Assembly: GCA_039802265.1 (NCBI GenBank) | Contig: JBDRWI010000001.1 | Location: 4,264 to 68,263 of the forward strand | Origin: a candidate division WOR-3 bacterium | Lineage (GTDB): Bacteria > Hydrothermota > Tepidihabitantia > SM23-42 > JAOAFX01 | Direction of reading: 5' to 3' | Length of the DNA: 64,000 bases | Shown here: positions 53,627 through 63,192 of the stretch, piece by piece | How positions within the stretch are numbered: position 1 is the stretch's first letter | Layout of the letters: each line of letters opens with the position of its first letter | The notes under the pieces: model-generated | The model's database searches: none | The model's input: only the letters and a program-made list of their open reading frames with translations | Told to the model about the DNA's origin: nothing | Translations under genes and position numbers: made by a program

Positions 53627-54859
53627 TCAAAAGTATTTATTTAACAAATCTTCAAATCTCTTTTTTATTGCCTCAAAGATGCTTACACCTTTTGTCTTTG
53701 GTATCAAAGATACATTCTTCTTTTCGTATCCATAAAGCACCAACCCCACACCGGTTGCATAAACCGGGTCAAGGATTATATCGGTGAGACCACCGAGTTT
53801 TTTGGGAATTCCGATCTTTACCGGAAGATTGAAGATTTCTTCAGCAAAGCGGTCAAGGCCATTAAACCTGGCGGTGCCGCCGGTAATGACAACCCCAGCA
53901 CCGAGGACATCGCTGAAGCCGCTCTTTTTTATCTCCTGGTTGGCAATCATCAGAATCTCTTCTACCCGGGGGCTTATGATGTTATAGAGTGTCTCTCTAG
54001 TTATCATACGGTCCTCACGACCACCAATCCCTGGGACCTTTATCTCTTCCTTTTTTTCCTCTGGAGTCATTATTAAACTGGCAAGTTTCTTTTTTATATT
54101 CTCAGCCTGGGCGTGTGGAGTTCTTATTCCAATCGCAATATCGTTGGTAATATACTCACCGCCTAATGGAATAACATGGGAATAACGAATTGCGCCATCA
54201 TAGAATATCGCCAGGTCTGTGGTTCCACCACCGATATCAAGCAGGCAGACACCTAAGTCCATCTCATCCGGTTGAAGCACCGCATAACTGGAGGCAAGTG
54301 GTTGCAGGACAAGGTCTTTTACCTTTAGACCAGCCCGATGCAGGGCGGTATAGATATTCTGGGCTGAGGCGATTGCCGCGGTTACGATATGCACCTCAGC
54401 CTCCAATTTAACACCGCTCATTCCAATCGGGTCCTTAATTCCCCTCTCATTGTCCACAATATATTCTATCGGTATTGCATGAATAATCTCCCTATCCAAG
54501 GGTAAGGCAATTGCCCTTGCCTGTTCAATCACCCGCTCTATATCTCTTCTGGTAATGACACCGCCGGTCCTGGATGTCGCAATCATCGCCCGGGCATTTA
54601 TGCTCTCAATATGTGAACCCGAAATTCCCGCAAAACAGGAATCCACCTTTATTCCCGCCATTCTTGATGCCTCATCCACTGCCTTCTTTATTGAATTTAT
54701 TGCCTTCTCCAGGTTGACAATTACACCGCGTTTTAGACCATAAGATGGAGTTGAACCCACACCCACAATCTTCAATTCATCATCCTCAACCTCACCTATA
54801 ACCACCGCCACCTTTGTCGTTCCTAAATCTACGCCCACAATCCTTTCTTTCTTCGCCAT
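53627..54859 (-). CDS. ftsA: cell division protein FtsA
   Basis: Actin-fold motifs VGVDLGTTKV, DIGGGTTD and GGTA. GAGGAGG upstream. Confidence 0.95.
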   Translation of the reverse strand: MAKKERIVGVDLGTTKVAVVIGEVEDDELKIVGVGSTPSYGLKRGVIVNLEKAINSIKKAVDEASRMAGIKVDSCFAGISGSHIESINARAMIATSRTGGVITRRDIERVIEQARAIALPLDREIIHAIPIEYIVDNERGIKDPIGMSGVKLEAEVHIVTAAIASAQNIYTALHRAGLKVKDLVLQPLASSYAVLQPDEMDLGVCLLDIGGGTTDLAIFYDGAIRYSHVIPLGGEYITNDIAIGIRTPHAQAENIKKKLASLIMTPEEKKEEIKVPGIGGREDRMITRETLYNIISPRVEEILMIANQEIKKSGFSDVLGAGVVITGGTARFNGLDRFAEEIFNLPVKIGIPKKLGGLTDIILDPVYATGVGLVLYGYEKKNVSLIPKTKGVSIFEAIKKRFEDLLNKYF

Positions 54860-54869
54860 ATACGCCTCC

Positions 54870-55181
54870 TCATCTTTTTCTTATAATGACCTGACGCCGG
54901 TAGCGCAGGTCAATCTCTACTGGACCCGGTATATTGACCAGGTCCAACTTATAAATTAAATCCTTCTTTTTCTTAAAATCACCGGGTCCAATAATGTAGA
55001 TATTACCCCGGTATTCAAGGATACATTCGGTTTGCGAAATAATATTCGCCTCCGGAATGACCTCGTTTAATAAGATATAATCCTCACGCTGCCTGGAGAT
55101 ATTGCAATGTAAAATCCCCGATAGTAGCAGGGATATTGGAATAAGCTGGGCAATCCGAATCTTGAAGTCTGAATCTAACAT
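54870..55181 (-). CDS. truncated FtsQ/DivIB-like protein (103 aa)
   Basis: It occupies the ftsQ slot between murB and ftsA. One N-terminal hydrophobic helix (IAQLIPISLLLSGIL). The tail VEIDLRYRRQVIIRK resembles the conserved '(v)DlRy.n.v.v' strand at the end of the FtsQ beta domain. The ATG overlaps the murB stop. Confidence 0.5.
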   Translation of the reverse strand: MLDSDFKIRIAQLIPISLLLSGILHCNISRQREDYILLNEVIPEANIISQTECILEYRGNIYIIGPGDFKKKKDLIYKLDLVNIPGPVEIDLRYRRQVIIRKR

Positions 55182-56059
55182 ACTATCCTCACTTCGGGTT
55201 GCAACTCCACTCCTTTTTTCTTCTTAACCGTCTTCTTAATGAAATTAACAAGTCTTATGACATCCGCAGCCTTTGCCCTTCCCAGATTCAATATAAAATT
55301 GGCATGTTTTTCGCTCACCACTGCATCGCCCATCCTTGTTCCCTTTAAGCCACATTCATCAATCAAGGCACCCGCGCTCATTGGCAGGGGATTTTTGAAA
55401 AATGAACCCGCAGAATATCCATCGGGTTGTTTTTCCCAGCGCATTTTCAGATATGCCTCCATCCTTGATTTTATCTTGTCCTTTTTCTTCTTTGAAAATT
55501 TCAATTCAGCCGAAAGGATTACCGTTTTATCATCAATCCGGGAATGACGATAACCGAAGTCTAACTCTTCTTTGGAAAGATACCTGACCTTTAGATTCCT
55601 ATCAAGAATAAAAACTCCCTTAACAATCTCTGAAATGGAACCACCAAACGCCCCGGCGTTACCCTTTATCGCTCCCCCCAGTGTCCCGGGGATTCCGGCA
55701 AGGAATTCGGCACCGCCATAACCCAGTTCCGCTGCCTTCTTTAATAAGTCCTTGAGCAATACCCCGGCCCCCACTGAAAATATTTCGCCTTTATTCTCAA
55801 TTATCTTAAAATCCCCTTTCAATCTAATTACTACACCATTAAAACCAGAATCACTAAAGAGGACATTTGTTCCAGCGCCGAGGATAAAATATTTCAGGCG
55901 CCTTTTTTTAATCACAGCTAACAGAGCTAACAATCCCTGCTGTTTATAGACATCAATAAAATATCTTGCCCTGCCACCGATTCGGAATGAAGTATGTTTC
56001 TTAAGTGGCTCATTGGTCAAAGCCCTGATTCCCTTTATTCCTTTAAATATATTCTTCAT
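55175..56059 (-). CDS. murB: UDP-N-acetylenolpyruvoylglucosamine reductase
   Basis: FAD-binding N-domain (LKKHTSFRIGG, ILGAGTNVL) and the C-terminal GSFFKNP / HANFILN motifs. Confidence 0.9.
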   Translation of the reverse strand: MKNIFKGIKGIRALTNEPLKKHTSFRIGGRARYFIDVYKQQGLLALLAVIKKRRLKYFILGAGTNVLFSDSGFNGVVIRLKGDFKIIENKGEIFSVGAGVLLKDLLKKAAELGYGGAEFLAGIPGTLGGAIKGNAGAFGGSISEIVKGVFILDRNLKVRYLSKEELDFGYRHSRIDDKTVILSAELKFSKKKKDKIKSRMEAYLKMRWEKQPDGYSAGSFFKNPLPMSAGALIDECGLKGTRMGDAVVSEKHANFILNLGRAKAADVIRLVNFIKKTVKKKKGVELQPEVRIVC

Positions 56060-57429
56060 CTCAAAACCTTCATCAATCTGGGGATAATCCTGTTTATATC
56101 CCCTGCCCCCTGAACCACAATCAGGTCACCACCTTTTGCAATCTTCTTTATAAATCTAATAATCTCATTAAAATCGGAGATAAAATAGACCGGTTCCTGC
56201 TCCTTTTCTATCCTCCTGGCGAGGGCGGCACCGGTTATCCCCGGAATGGGAATCTCATGGGCGGGATATATCTCGGTGACCACCACTACATTGGCATACA
56301 TAAATGCCGAGGCAAAATAGTCAAATAGATAATAGGTTCGGGTATAGCGGTGAGGCTGAAAGACCGAAATAATTCTGCGTCCGGGGAAATAATCCCTTAA
56401 TGTCTGCAAGGTTACCGCAATTTCAGTAGGATGGTGCCCATAATCATCATAGATCATTATATCGCGCACTGCCCCGCAAAATTCCAGCCGGCGATGGACG
56501 CCCCGGAATTCTCTTAATGCCTTTTTGATTTTTTTAATTGATATACCCAGTTCCAGTCCGACACCGATTGCGGCAAGGCTATTAATAATATTGTGTTTAC
56601 CCAAAATCCCAAGTTCAAATTGGCCAATCGGCTCTTGTTTATAAAGTACATTAAACCGCGAACCATTCGGGGTATAATTCAAATCCACTGCCCGTAACTG
56701 AGCATAATCATTCAATCCATATAAGATTACCTTTCTTTTGAGATTGTTTCTGATTTCCAGATTTGCCATAGAATCCGCTCCCAGAAATACACAGCCCCAG
56801 AAGGGAACATGATTGGCAAACCAGATAAACTTCTCTTTTATTTCTTCTATGTCTTTGTAGTATTCAAGATGTTCGGGTTCAATGTTTGTTATCACAGCAT
56901 AACTTGGTAACAATCTCAAAAATGACTTATCCGACTCGTCAGCCTCACAGACGAGGTATTCTCCCTTACCCAGGTGCGCCTGACTCTTCCCTTTTACAAT
57001 ACCGCCGATTATTGCCGTCGGAGAAAAGCCAGCCTTCTGGAGAACTTCACCAATTAGGGAGGTTGTCGTGGTCTTACCGTGGGTACCCGAGATACAGATT
57101 GAATTAGTTATCTTGGTCAATTCGGCAAGGAGTTCGCTCCGGTGGATAACCGGAATCCCCAGCCTCTTTGCCTCGGTTATCTCCGGATTGTCCTCTTTTA
57201 TTGCCGTAGAATAGACGACCACATCCGCATTTGAAACATTTTCAACCTTGTGTCCATACCTGACCTTAATTCCTGATTTTTTAAGTTTTGTAGTAATTGC
57301 TGAACGATTGATATCGGAACCACTGACCGTAAATCCGAGGTTATGGAAGATTACTGCCAGACCACTCATCCCGATCCCGCCTATTCCCACAAAATGAATC
57401 CGTTTAGTTCTACCCAAGAGCTTTTTCAT
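56056..57429 (-). CDS. murC: UDP-N-acetylmuramate--L-alanine ligase
   Basis: HFVGIGGIGMSGLA, GTHGKTTTTS and DDYGHHP. Confidence 0.95.
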   Translation of the reverse strand: MKKLLGRTKRIHFVGIGGIGMSGLAVIFHNLGFTVSGSDINRSAITTKLKKSGIKVRYGHKVENVSNADVVVYSTAIKEDNPEITEAKRLGIPVIHRSELLAELTKITNSICISGTHGKTTTTSLIGEVLQKAGFSPTAIIGGIVKGKSQAHLGKGEYLVCEADESDKSFLRLLPSYAVITNIEPEHLEYYKDIEEIKEKFIWFANHVPFWGCVFLGADSMANLEIRNNLKRKVILYGLNDYAQLRAVDLNYTPNGSRFNVLYKQEPIGQFELGILGKHNIINSLAAIGVGLELGISIKKIKKALREFRGVHRRLEFCGAVRDIMIYDDYGHHPTEIAVTLQTLRDYFPGRRIISVFQPHRYTRTYYLFDYFASAFMYANVVVVTEIYPAHEIPIPGITGAALARRIEKEQEPVYFISDFNEIIRFIKKIAKGGDLIVVQGAGDINRIIPRLMKVLR

Positions 57430-58460
57430 CTTACCTCATCTTTGATAATATCACAAATCCTCTTTTCCGCATCAATAATGATATCGCTTTTTTTATTATC
57501 AGCTGGATGCTTCAGCATCTCGATAATTTTCTGTGCAAGAATTTCCTCAGTTATTCTGTCTTCGGTTAAAACTATTGCCTGTCCAGCCTTTACAAAATAC
57601 TGGGCATTGTAGTATTGGTGGTTGTCCGTAGCATAAGGAAAAGGTATAAAGATAATCTTCTTCTTCAGTGCCAAAAGTTCATATCCGGCCAATGCCCCGG
57701 ACCGGGAAACAACAACATTAGCCTCTTTAATTTCATTCCAGGGGGTACTGGTGAATGGAATCACCACTGTCCTTTTATCCTTATTTGCCTCAACCCATTG
57801 ATAATCCCGCTGACCGCTGATTATTATAATCCGATACTCCTCAGGCAGGATTTTGGTTAATGATATTGCCCATTTATTCAAACTCCTTGCACCCTGGCTA
57901 CCACCAATAAAGAGGATTGTATGCTTTTCCTTTTTAACTTCATCACAAATCTTGAATTCATCACGGAGTGGAATTCCAGTAAGCGTTAATCTGCCGGCTA
58001 TTTTGACTCTAATTGGCATACCCAGAAATACCCTTCGGGCATAGGGTGCAACGATTCGCGTCGACCGCCCCGGAATGCAATTCGGCTCAAAGAGATAAAA
58101 TGGCCGCCGTTTTATCAAGCAGGCGACTGCAAGTGGTAAAGACCCAAAACCGCCAAAGGAAAAGCCAATTTTGTCCTTTACAATCGGTAACAGACGAAGC
58201 AGACTCTTAAAAAATGCCACCAGCGCCAGAAACTGGAATAGAATTGACTTACCGCTAAAGGGCCGGGGATTTATAAAGAAGGTTTCAAGACCATAAAGCC
58301 TTGCAATCTCTTCTTCAACAAATCCTTTTCTTACAAGAAAAATTACCCCAAAATTGCGACGTTGTAATTCTTTTGCCACAACCACCGCCGGAAAGTAATG
58401 ACCACCGGTCCCGATGCCACTGATTACTATTTTTTGTTTTTTATAATCTTTATCTCGCAT
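57426..58460 (-). CDS. murG: undecaprenyldiphospho-muramoylpentapeptide beta-N-acetylglucosaminyltransferase
   Basis: ISGIGTGGHYFPAV N-terminal motif and FIGGSQGA. Trimmed to ATG 58460, which shares one base with the ftsW TGA (TGATG). Confidence 0.9.
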   Translation of the reverse strand: MRDKDYKKQKIVISGIGTGGHYFPAVVVAKELQRRNFGVIFLVRKGFVEEEIARLYGLETFFINPRPFSGKSILFQFLALVAFFKSLLRLLPIVKDKIGFSFGGFGSLPLAVACLIKRRPFYLFEPNCIPGRSTRIVAPYARRVFLGMPIRVKIAGRLTLTGIPLRDEFKICDEVKKEKHTILFIGGSQGARSLNKWAISLTKILPEEYRIIIISGQRDYQWVEANKDKRTVVIPFTSTPWNEIKEANVVVSRSGALAGYELLALKKKIIFIPFPYATDNHQYYNAQYFVKAGQAIVLTEDRITEEILAQKIIEMLKHPADNKKSDIIIDAEKRICDIIKDEVR

Positions 58461-59518
58461 CAACCCTTCTTTGAAATCTGCAGAATCATACCCACCGAGA
58501 ATAGATTGGAACATAATGCCCAACCACCGTACGAGACAAAGGGCAAGGGAATACCGGTTGCCGGAAGAAGTCCAAGGCTCACCCCCACATGGATTAAAAA
58601 TATTAAAAATATCACCGCATTTAGCCCCAGAACAATCATCCGTGGATATTCGTCAACCACTCCATTCGCAATAGCAATACCCCTTAAATAAACCTCCCAG
58701 TAAAGGATAAAAAATATTGCACTGCCAATAAAACCAGTCTCCTCAGCAATGTGGGCAAAAATGAAATCATTATGAATTCGGGGCAGAAATAAGAACTTCT
58801 GTAATCCTGCCCCTAAGCCCCGTCCGAACAGACCGCCGGAACCGATCGCAACCAGCGACTGCTGAACCTGATAACCCGGCTGGCTTATGAAACCGAGAAA
58901 TCTTTCACGAATATGGGGAAGAAATAAGAACGCCAAAAGGAAAAGGAGTAAGCCAGTAATGATTACCGGCGTCAAAAATTTAATCTTTATCTCTCCGTAG
59001 ATCAACATTATAACCAGTGCCAAAAAGGAAATTATCGCCACTGAAATTGATGGCTGGATTGCCACCAGGATAACCAAAGAAAGGGGAAAGACAATTGCCA
59101 GAAGAAGACCTTTTGGTCTGTTTAATACATCTGGGTGGGTAGCAAAGAGATTGGCAAGAAAAAGGACAATCCACACCCGGACAAATTCCGAAATCTGAAG
59201 ACCAAATGTGGCAATGGGAATACTTCGCCGGGCACCATAGACAAATCTGCCGAAGACAAGGGTAAGGATGAGCAAGACCACCATAAGTATGTATGCAGGA
59301 AAAAGAAATCTTCTAATTCTTTCGTAAGGCAGGAAGAAACCCAAAAAGAAGAAACCCAGACCAATCGCAACCCGCTTGAGATGGCCGAAAAGGTAATATG
59401 TGGTATCTTCTCCACTCCTCAGTGCCTGATAATAACTTGAGGAAAAGACAAAGACCGTGCCGAGAATAAGAAGAATCAAGGTAACAAAGGCATACGTGCG
59501 ATCAACGCTGGACTGCAT
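58460..59518 (-). CDS. ftsW: SEDS-family peptidoglycan glycosyltransferase FtsW
   Basis: About 10 TM helices, with PSEFVRV-like (QISEFVRVW), HNDFIFA and LPATGIPLPFVSYGG motifs. ATG 59518 is preferred (GGGAGG 9 nt upstream) over the track start at 59572. Confidence 0.85.
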   Translation of the reverse strand: MQSSVDRTYAFVTLILLILGTVFVFSSSYYQALRSGEDTTYYLFGHLKRVAIGLGFFFLGFFLPYERIRRFLFPAYILMVVLLILTLVFGRFVYGARRSIPIATFGLQISEFVRVWIVLFLANLFATHPDVLNRPKGLLLAIVFPLSLVILVAIQPSISVAIISFLALVIMLIYGEIKIKFLTPVIITGLLLFLLAFLFLPHIRERFLGFISQPGYQVQQSLVAIGSGGLFGRGLGAGLQKFLFLPRIHNDFIFAHIAEETGFIGSAIFFILYWEVYLRGIAIANGVVDEYPRMIVLGLNAVIFLIFLIHVGVSLGLLPATGIPLPFVSYGGWALCSNLFSVGMILQISKKG

Positions 59519-60806
59519 CCTTAAATGCCTCCCCCCTCTCCTGAAAATCACGGAAAAGGCCAAATGAAGCAAAACCTGGATTTAAGAGTATCACGTCACC
59601 CGGCTGGGCAAACTCTCTTGCCAATGAAACCGCTTCTGGCATATCCCGGGCAATCCGGTATCGGTTATAATTCCTTTCATCAAAATAGCGGGCAATCTCC
59701 GGAGCATTCTCACCCAAAAGCACACATGCCTTTGCCTCATCCAGCAAAAGATTGAGATAATCCTTCCCCTCATCGCCCTTCTTTTTGCCCCCTAAGATCA
59801 CTATCTTATTTCCCTTTACTGCATTGAATGAGGCAATGGCCGATGCCTCATTCGTACACATTGAATTATTAATATATAATATCCCATTTTTCTTGCCTAC
59901 TTCTTCAAGACGATGGGGAAGTCCCCGAAAGGAATTTATTCCCTTCTCTATGCTCCTGTTATCAATGCCCAAAATCTTAGCAACACATATTGCGGCCATG
60001 ATATTTGACTCATTGTGTTTTCCAATGAGTTGAAGCCCTTCTTTTTTAAGCACCATCTCCTTCTGAAAATGGAAACTATCATTTAACCAACTGCCATCCC
60101 GGGCATTTGGACCAAAATAGATAACCCTTGATGGAATATCTTTCCTTATCTCAGCGGTAAACGAATCAGCGATATTGAGTACCCCATAATCTACCGATGA
60201 CTGATTCATAAATATCTTTTTCTTTGCGTTGATGTATTCCGATAGATCATTATGCCAGTTAAGATGGTCACGGCTTATGTTGGTCAGAACCGCAATATGG
60301 GGGCAGAAATTTACAATCCGGGTAAGTTGGAATGAAGAGACCTCAAGGACATAATATTCCTTTCTCTCTTCAAAGAGGGCATGGGAAAATGGCCTTCCGG
60401 GGGCAATGTTTCCACCGAGAAAATATTTTAATCCCGCAGTGTTGAGAATATTACCTACCAGGGCCGCGGTTGTGCTCTTACCGTTGGTCCCGGTAATGGC
60501 AATAATCTTTTCTTTGGGCAGATTGAGATTCTGAAATGTCCATTCAATTTCATCGATAACCGGGACATTCTCAATTTTTAACCTTTCTATTATCCACTTA
60601 TTCGGCGGGAAACCGGGTGAGGCGACTGCCAGATCATAGGTAATATCTATAAAGTCTTTTATCTTCCCGCTTTTTATAATCTCCTGCGCCTTCGGCGAAA
60701 GCAATTCCCTGTTCTCCTCATAGAGATAGACCTCTTCCTTCTGGTTGATAAGATATTCCGCAACCTTCAGGTTTGCCCTTCCCAAACCGAGGAGTAACAC
60801 CTTCAT
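59502..60806 (-). CDS. murD: UDP-N-acetylmuramoylalanine--D-glutamate ligase
   Basis: GLGRAN Rossmann-like N-terminus, GTNGKSTT P-loop and SFQL. Confidence 0.9.
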   Translation of the reverse strand: MKVLLLGLGRANLKVAEYLINQKEEVYLYEENRELLSPKAQEIIKSGKIKDFIDITYDLAVASPGFPPNKWIIERLKIENVPVIDEIEWTFQNLNLPKEKIIAITGTNGKSTTAALVGNILNTAGLKYFLGGNIAPGRPFSHALFEERKEYYVLEVSSFQLTRIVNFCPHIAVLTNISRDHLNWHNDLSEYINAKKKIFMNQSSVDYGVLNIADSFTAEIRKDIPSRVIYFGPNARDGSWLNDSFHFQKEMVLKKEGLQLIGKHNESNIMAAICVAKILGIDNRSIEKGINSFRGLPHRLEEVGKKNGILYINNSMCTNEASAIASFNAVKGNKIVILGGKKKGDEGKDYLNLLLDEAKACVLLGENAPEIARYFDERNYNRYRIARDMPEAVSLAREFAQPGDVILLNPGFASFGLFRDFQERGEAFKDAVQR

Positions 60807-61888
60807 CTTATCTTCAAGGTTGACAGGGCAATCATCAGGAAGATAATCCCCAGAATCCAGAAGCGAACAACAATCTTGGGCTCGGCAATACCCTTGAGTT
60901 CAAAATGGTGGTGGAGCGGTGCCATAAGAAAAAATCTCTTGCCACCGGTACGCCGGAAGTAGACCACCTGAATTATTACCGAAACAACCTCAATGACAAA
61001 CACCATACCGATAAGTAGAAGAAGGAATTCATGTTTAATTAAAATGGCAACGGCACCAATTATTGCCCCCAGACTCAAGGAGCCGGTATCACCCATAAAT
61101 ACCTGGGCTGGATAGGAATTGAACCATAAAAAGCCCAGACTTGCACCAACGAGCGCTGCGCAGAAGACAGTTATCTCCCCAGCATCTCTTAGGAAGATGA
61201 TGTCAAGATAATCACTGAGCACGATATGCCCGGAAACATAGGAAAGTGCCGTATAGGCCGCAGCACTGATTCCAATGAGACCAATTGCCAATCCATCAAG
61301 ACCATCAGATAGATTCACACCGTTTGAGGTGCCGATGACCACCAGGACCACAAACAATGGATAGAGAAATCCGAAGTCTATGATAAAATTTTTTATAAAT
61401 AAAAGGTTGGTCTTGGTCTGGTAGCCCTCCGGACCAAAGAAATAGAGATAGAGTCCCAGTCCCAGACCGAAGAGGGTCTGAAAGAATAACTTCGTTTTAA
61501 TTGATAATCCCCTTGGTCTATTCTTGAAGATCTTAATATAGTCATCGTAGATTCCCAGTGTCCCGAACCAGATTGTAGTAATGATTAAGATAATAATATT
61601 GGGATTGGTCAGGTCGCCAAAGAGTAATATAGCAAATAGGAGGGCAATGAGGATTAAAAGACCGCCCATCGTGGGGGTATTCTCTTTAACGCGGTGTCTC
61701 TGGGGAACTTCAGCCCGAATCTTCTGAGTGATTGCCTTCTTCTTCAAAAAATTTATAAAACGATTCCCCAAAAAGAGGACAATCAAGATTGCCAGGACGA
61801 CCGCATACGCACTCCGGAATGTAATATAGCCAAAAAGACGAAAAGGACCGAAGATATCCCTTAATGGATAAAACAAGAGATAAAGCAT
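60803..61888 (-). CDS. mraY: phospho-N-acetylmuramoyl-pentapeptide transferase
   Basis: TPTMGG, DDYIKI, NGVNLSDGLDGLA, MGDTGSL and HHHFE motifs. Confidence 0.95.
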   Translation of the reverse strand: MLYLLFYPLRDIFGPFRLFGYITFRSAYAVVLAILIVLFLGNRFINFLKKKAITQKIRAEVPQRHRVKENTPTMGGLLILIALLFAILLFGDLTNPNIIILIITTIWFGTLGIYDDYIKIFKNRPRGLSIKTKLFFQTLFGLGLGLYLYFFGPEGYQTKTNLLFIKNFIIDFGFLYPLFVVLVVIGTSNGVNLSDGLDGLAIGLIGISAAAYTALSYVSGHIVLSDYLDIIFLRDAGEITVFCAALVGASLGFLWFNSYPAQVFMGDTGSLSLGAIIGAVAILIKHEFLLLLIGMVFVIEVVSVIIQVVYFRRTGGKRFFLMAPLHHHFELKGIAEPKIVVRFWILGIIFLMIALSTLKIR

Positions 61889-61902
61889 AATACCCCCTTC
61901 CC

Positions 61903-63192
61903 TTAGAGAAATTTCAAAAACAAATTGACCAACTTTTCAAATTCAAGTGCCCTGGAAGCCTTGAATAAGACCACCTCTCTTCCCTGCAGACTTTCCAGTA
62001 AAAATCTGATTAGCCTTACGCCTTCTTTGAAGTGTCTCCCCTGATAAAGTATTGATTCTTCACCCAGACTCAAAAGCAAATCGCATCTCGGCCGTGCATA
62101 TTCACCGATCTCTTTATGATAACTTTCTGAATTACTGCCCAGTTCGCGCATATCACCCAGGACCAGAATCCTTCTTCGGGGAAGTTGGGCAACAAAATCA
62201 ATTGCCGATTTCATTGATAAGGGATTGGCATTATAACTATCATTGATAATTAAAATCCCATCTTTTCTGATCGGCTCCATCCTGCCGGATTCAGGTCTAA
62301 TCATTGAAATTGCCCTTTTTTGGGAATTAATATCTATGCCAATTTTTGTAGCAAGGGAAATTGCAAAAAGGCAGTTATAGACATTACCCATTCCTAAAAG
62401 CGGAGTAAAGAAATTCTCTTTTTTATAAGTAAAATATGAACCATCTTCTTTCAATTTTACTTCTTCAATATCCCGATAGGAAACTTGAAGAATCTCAATC
62501 TTATCATTTTTTATATCATTCAAATTTAACCCTTCACCAATCATTGCGAAGCTACCCTGCGGTAATGAATCAAAGAGGGATAATTTTTCCTGCTTTATTC
62601 CCGCTATGGAACCGAGTTTTTCAATGTGCCCCGGACCGACCGCCGTGATAATACCGATAGCGGGTCGGGCAATTTCACAAAGCCGCTTTATCTCACCCGG
62701 GCTACTCGTCCCCATCTCCAGGACGGCGAATTCCTCAGTACCTGACATTTTCAAGATACTCAAAGGAAGCCCGATCAGCGAGTTATAATTTCTCTCACTG
62801 CAATGGACCGAAAATTTCTCTCTTATCACCGCGCCGATAAGATTTTTGACTGTTGTCTTGCCATTGGTCCCGGTGATTCCAATGACCCGAACTGGAATTC
62901 TCTGCCGATAATTGCGGGCAAGTTCTCCGAGGGCATATAGTGTATCACTAACCAGAATCTGCTGTTTTAGATTCTGACTTTTTTGAACAACCACCCCGAC
63001 CGCCCCCCTTTTAAGTGCCTCATTTACAAAGAGATGGCCATCGGTCTTCTCTCCTTTCAGGGCGAAGAATAAATCTCCGGGTTTTACCTGGCGGGAATCA
63101 ACACAGACTCGCCTCACTAATTCTAAATTGTCTATCTCTTCCTTACCTTTAATAATTTTGGCAATCTCGGCAAGTGTAAATTCTTTATACAT
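61903..63192 (-). CDS. murF: UDP-N-acetylmuramoyl-tripeptide--D-alanyl-D-alanine ligase
   Basis: GITGTNGKTT and DSYNANP. Trimmed to ATG 63192, 4 nt after the murE stop; the track start at 63291 lies inside murE. Confidence 0.9.
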   Translation of the reverse strand: MYKEFTLAEIAKIIKGKEEIDNLELVRRVCVDSRQVKPGDLFFALKGEKTDGHLFVNEALKRGAVGVVVQKSQNLKQQILVSDTLYALGELARNYRQRIPVRVIGITGTNGKTTVKNLIGAVIREKFSVHCSERNYNSLIGLPLSILKMSGTEEFAVLEMGTSSPGEIKRLCEIARPAIGIITAVGPGHIEKLGSIAGIKQEKLSLFDSLPQGSFAMIGEGLNLNDIKNDKIEILQVSYRDIEEVKLKEDGSYFTYKKENFFTPLLGMGNVYNCLFAISLATKIGIDINSQKRAISMIRPESGRMEPIRKDGILIINDSYNANPLSMKSAIDFVAQLPRRRILVLGDMRELGSNSESYHKEIGEYARPRCDLLLSLGEESILYQGRHFKEGVRLIRFLLESLQGREVVLFKASRALEFEKLVNLFLKFL

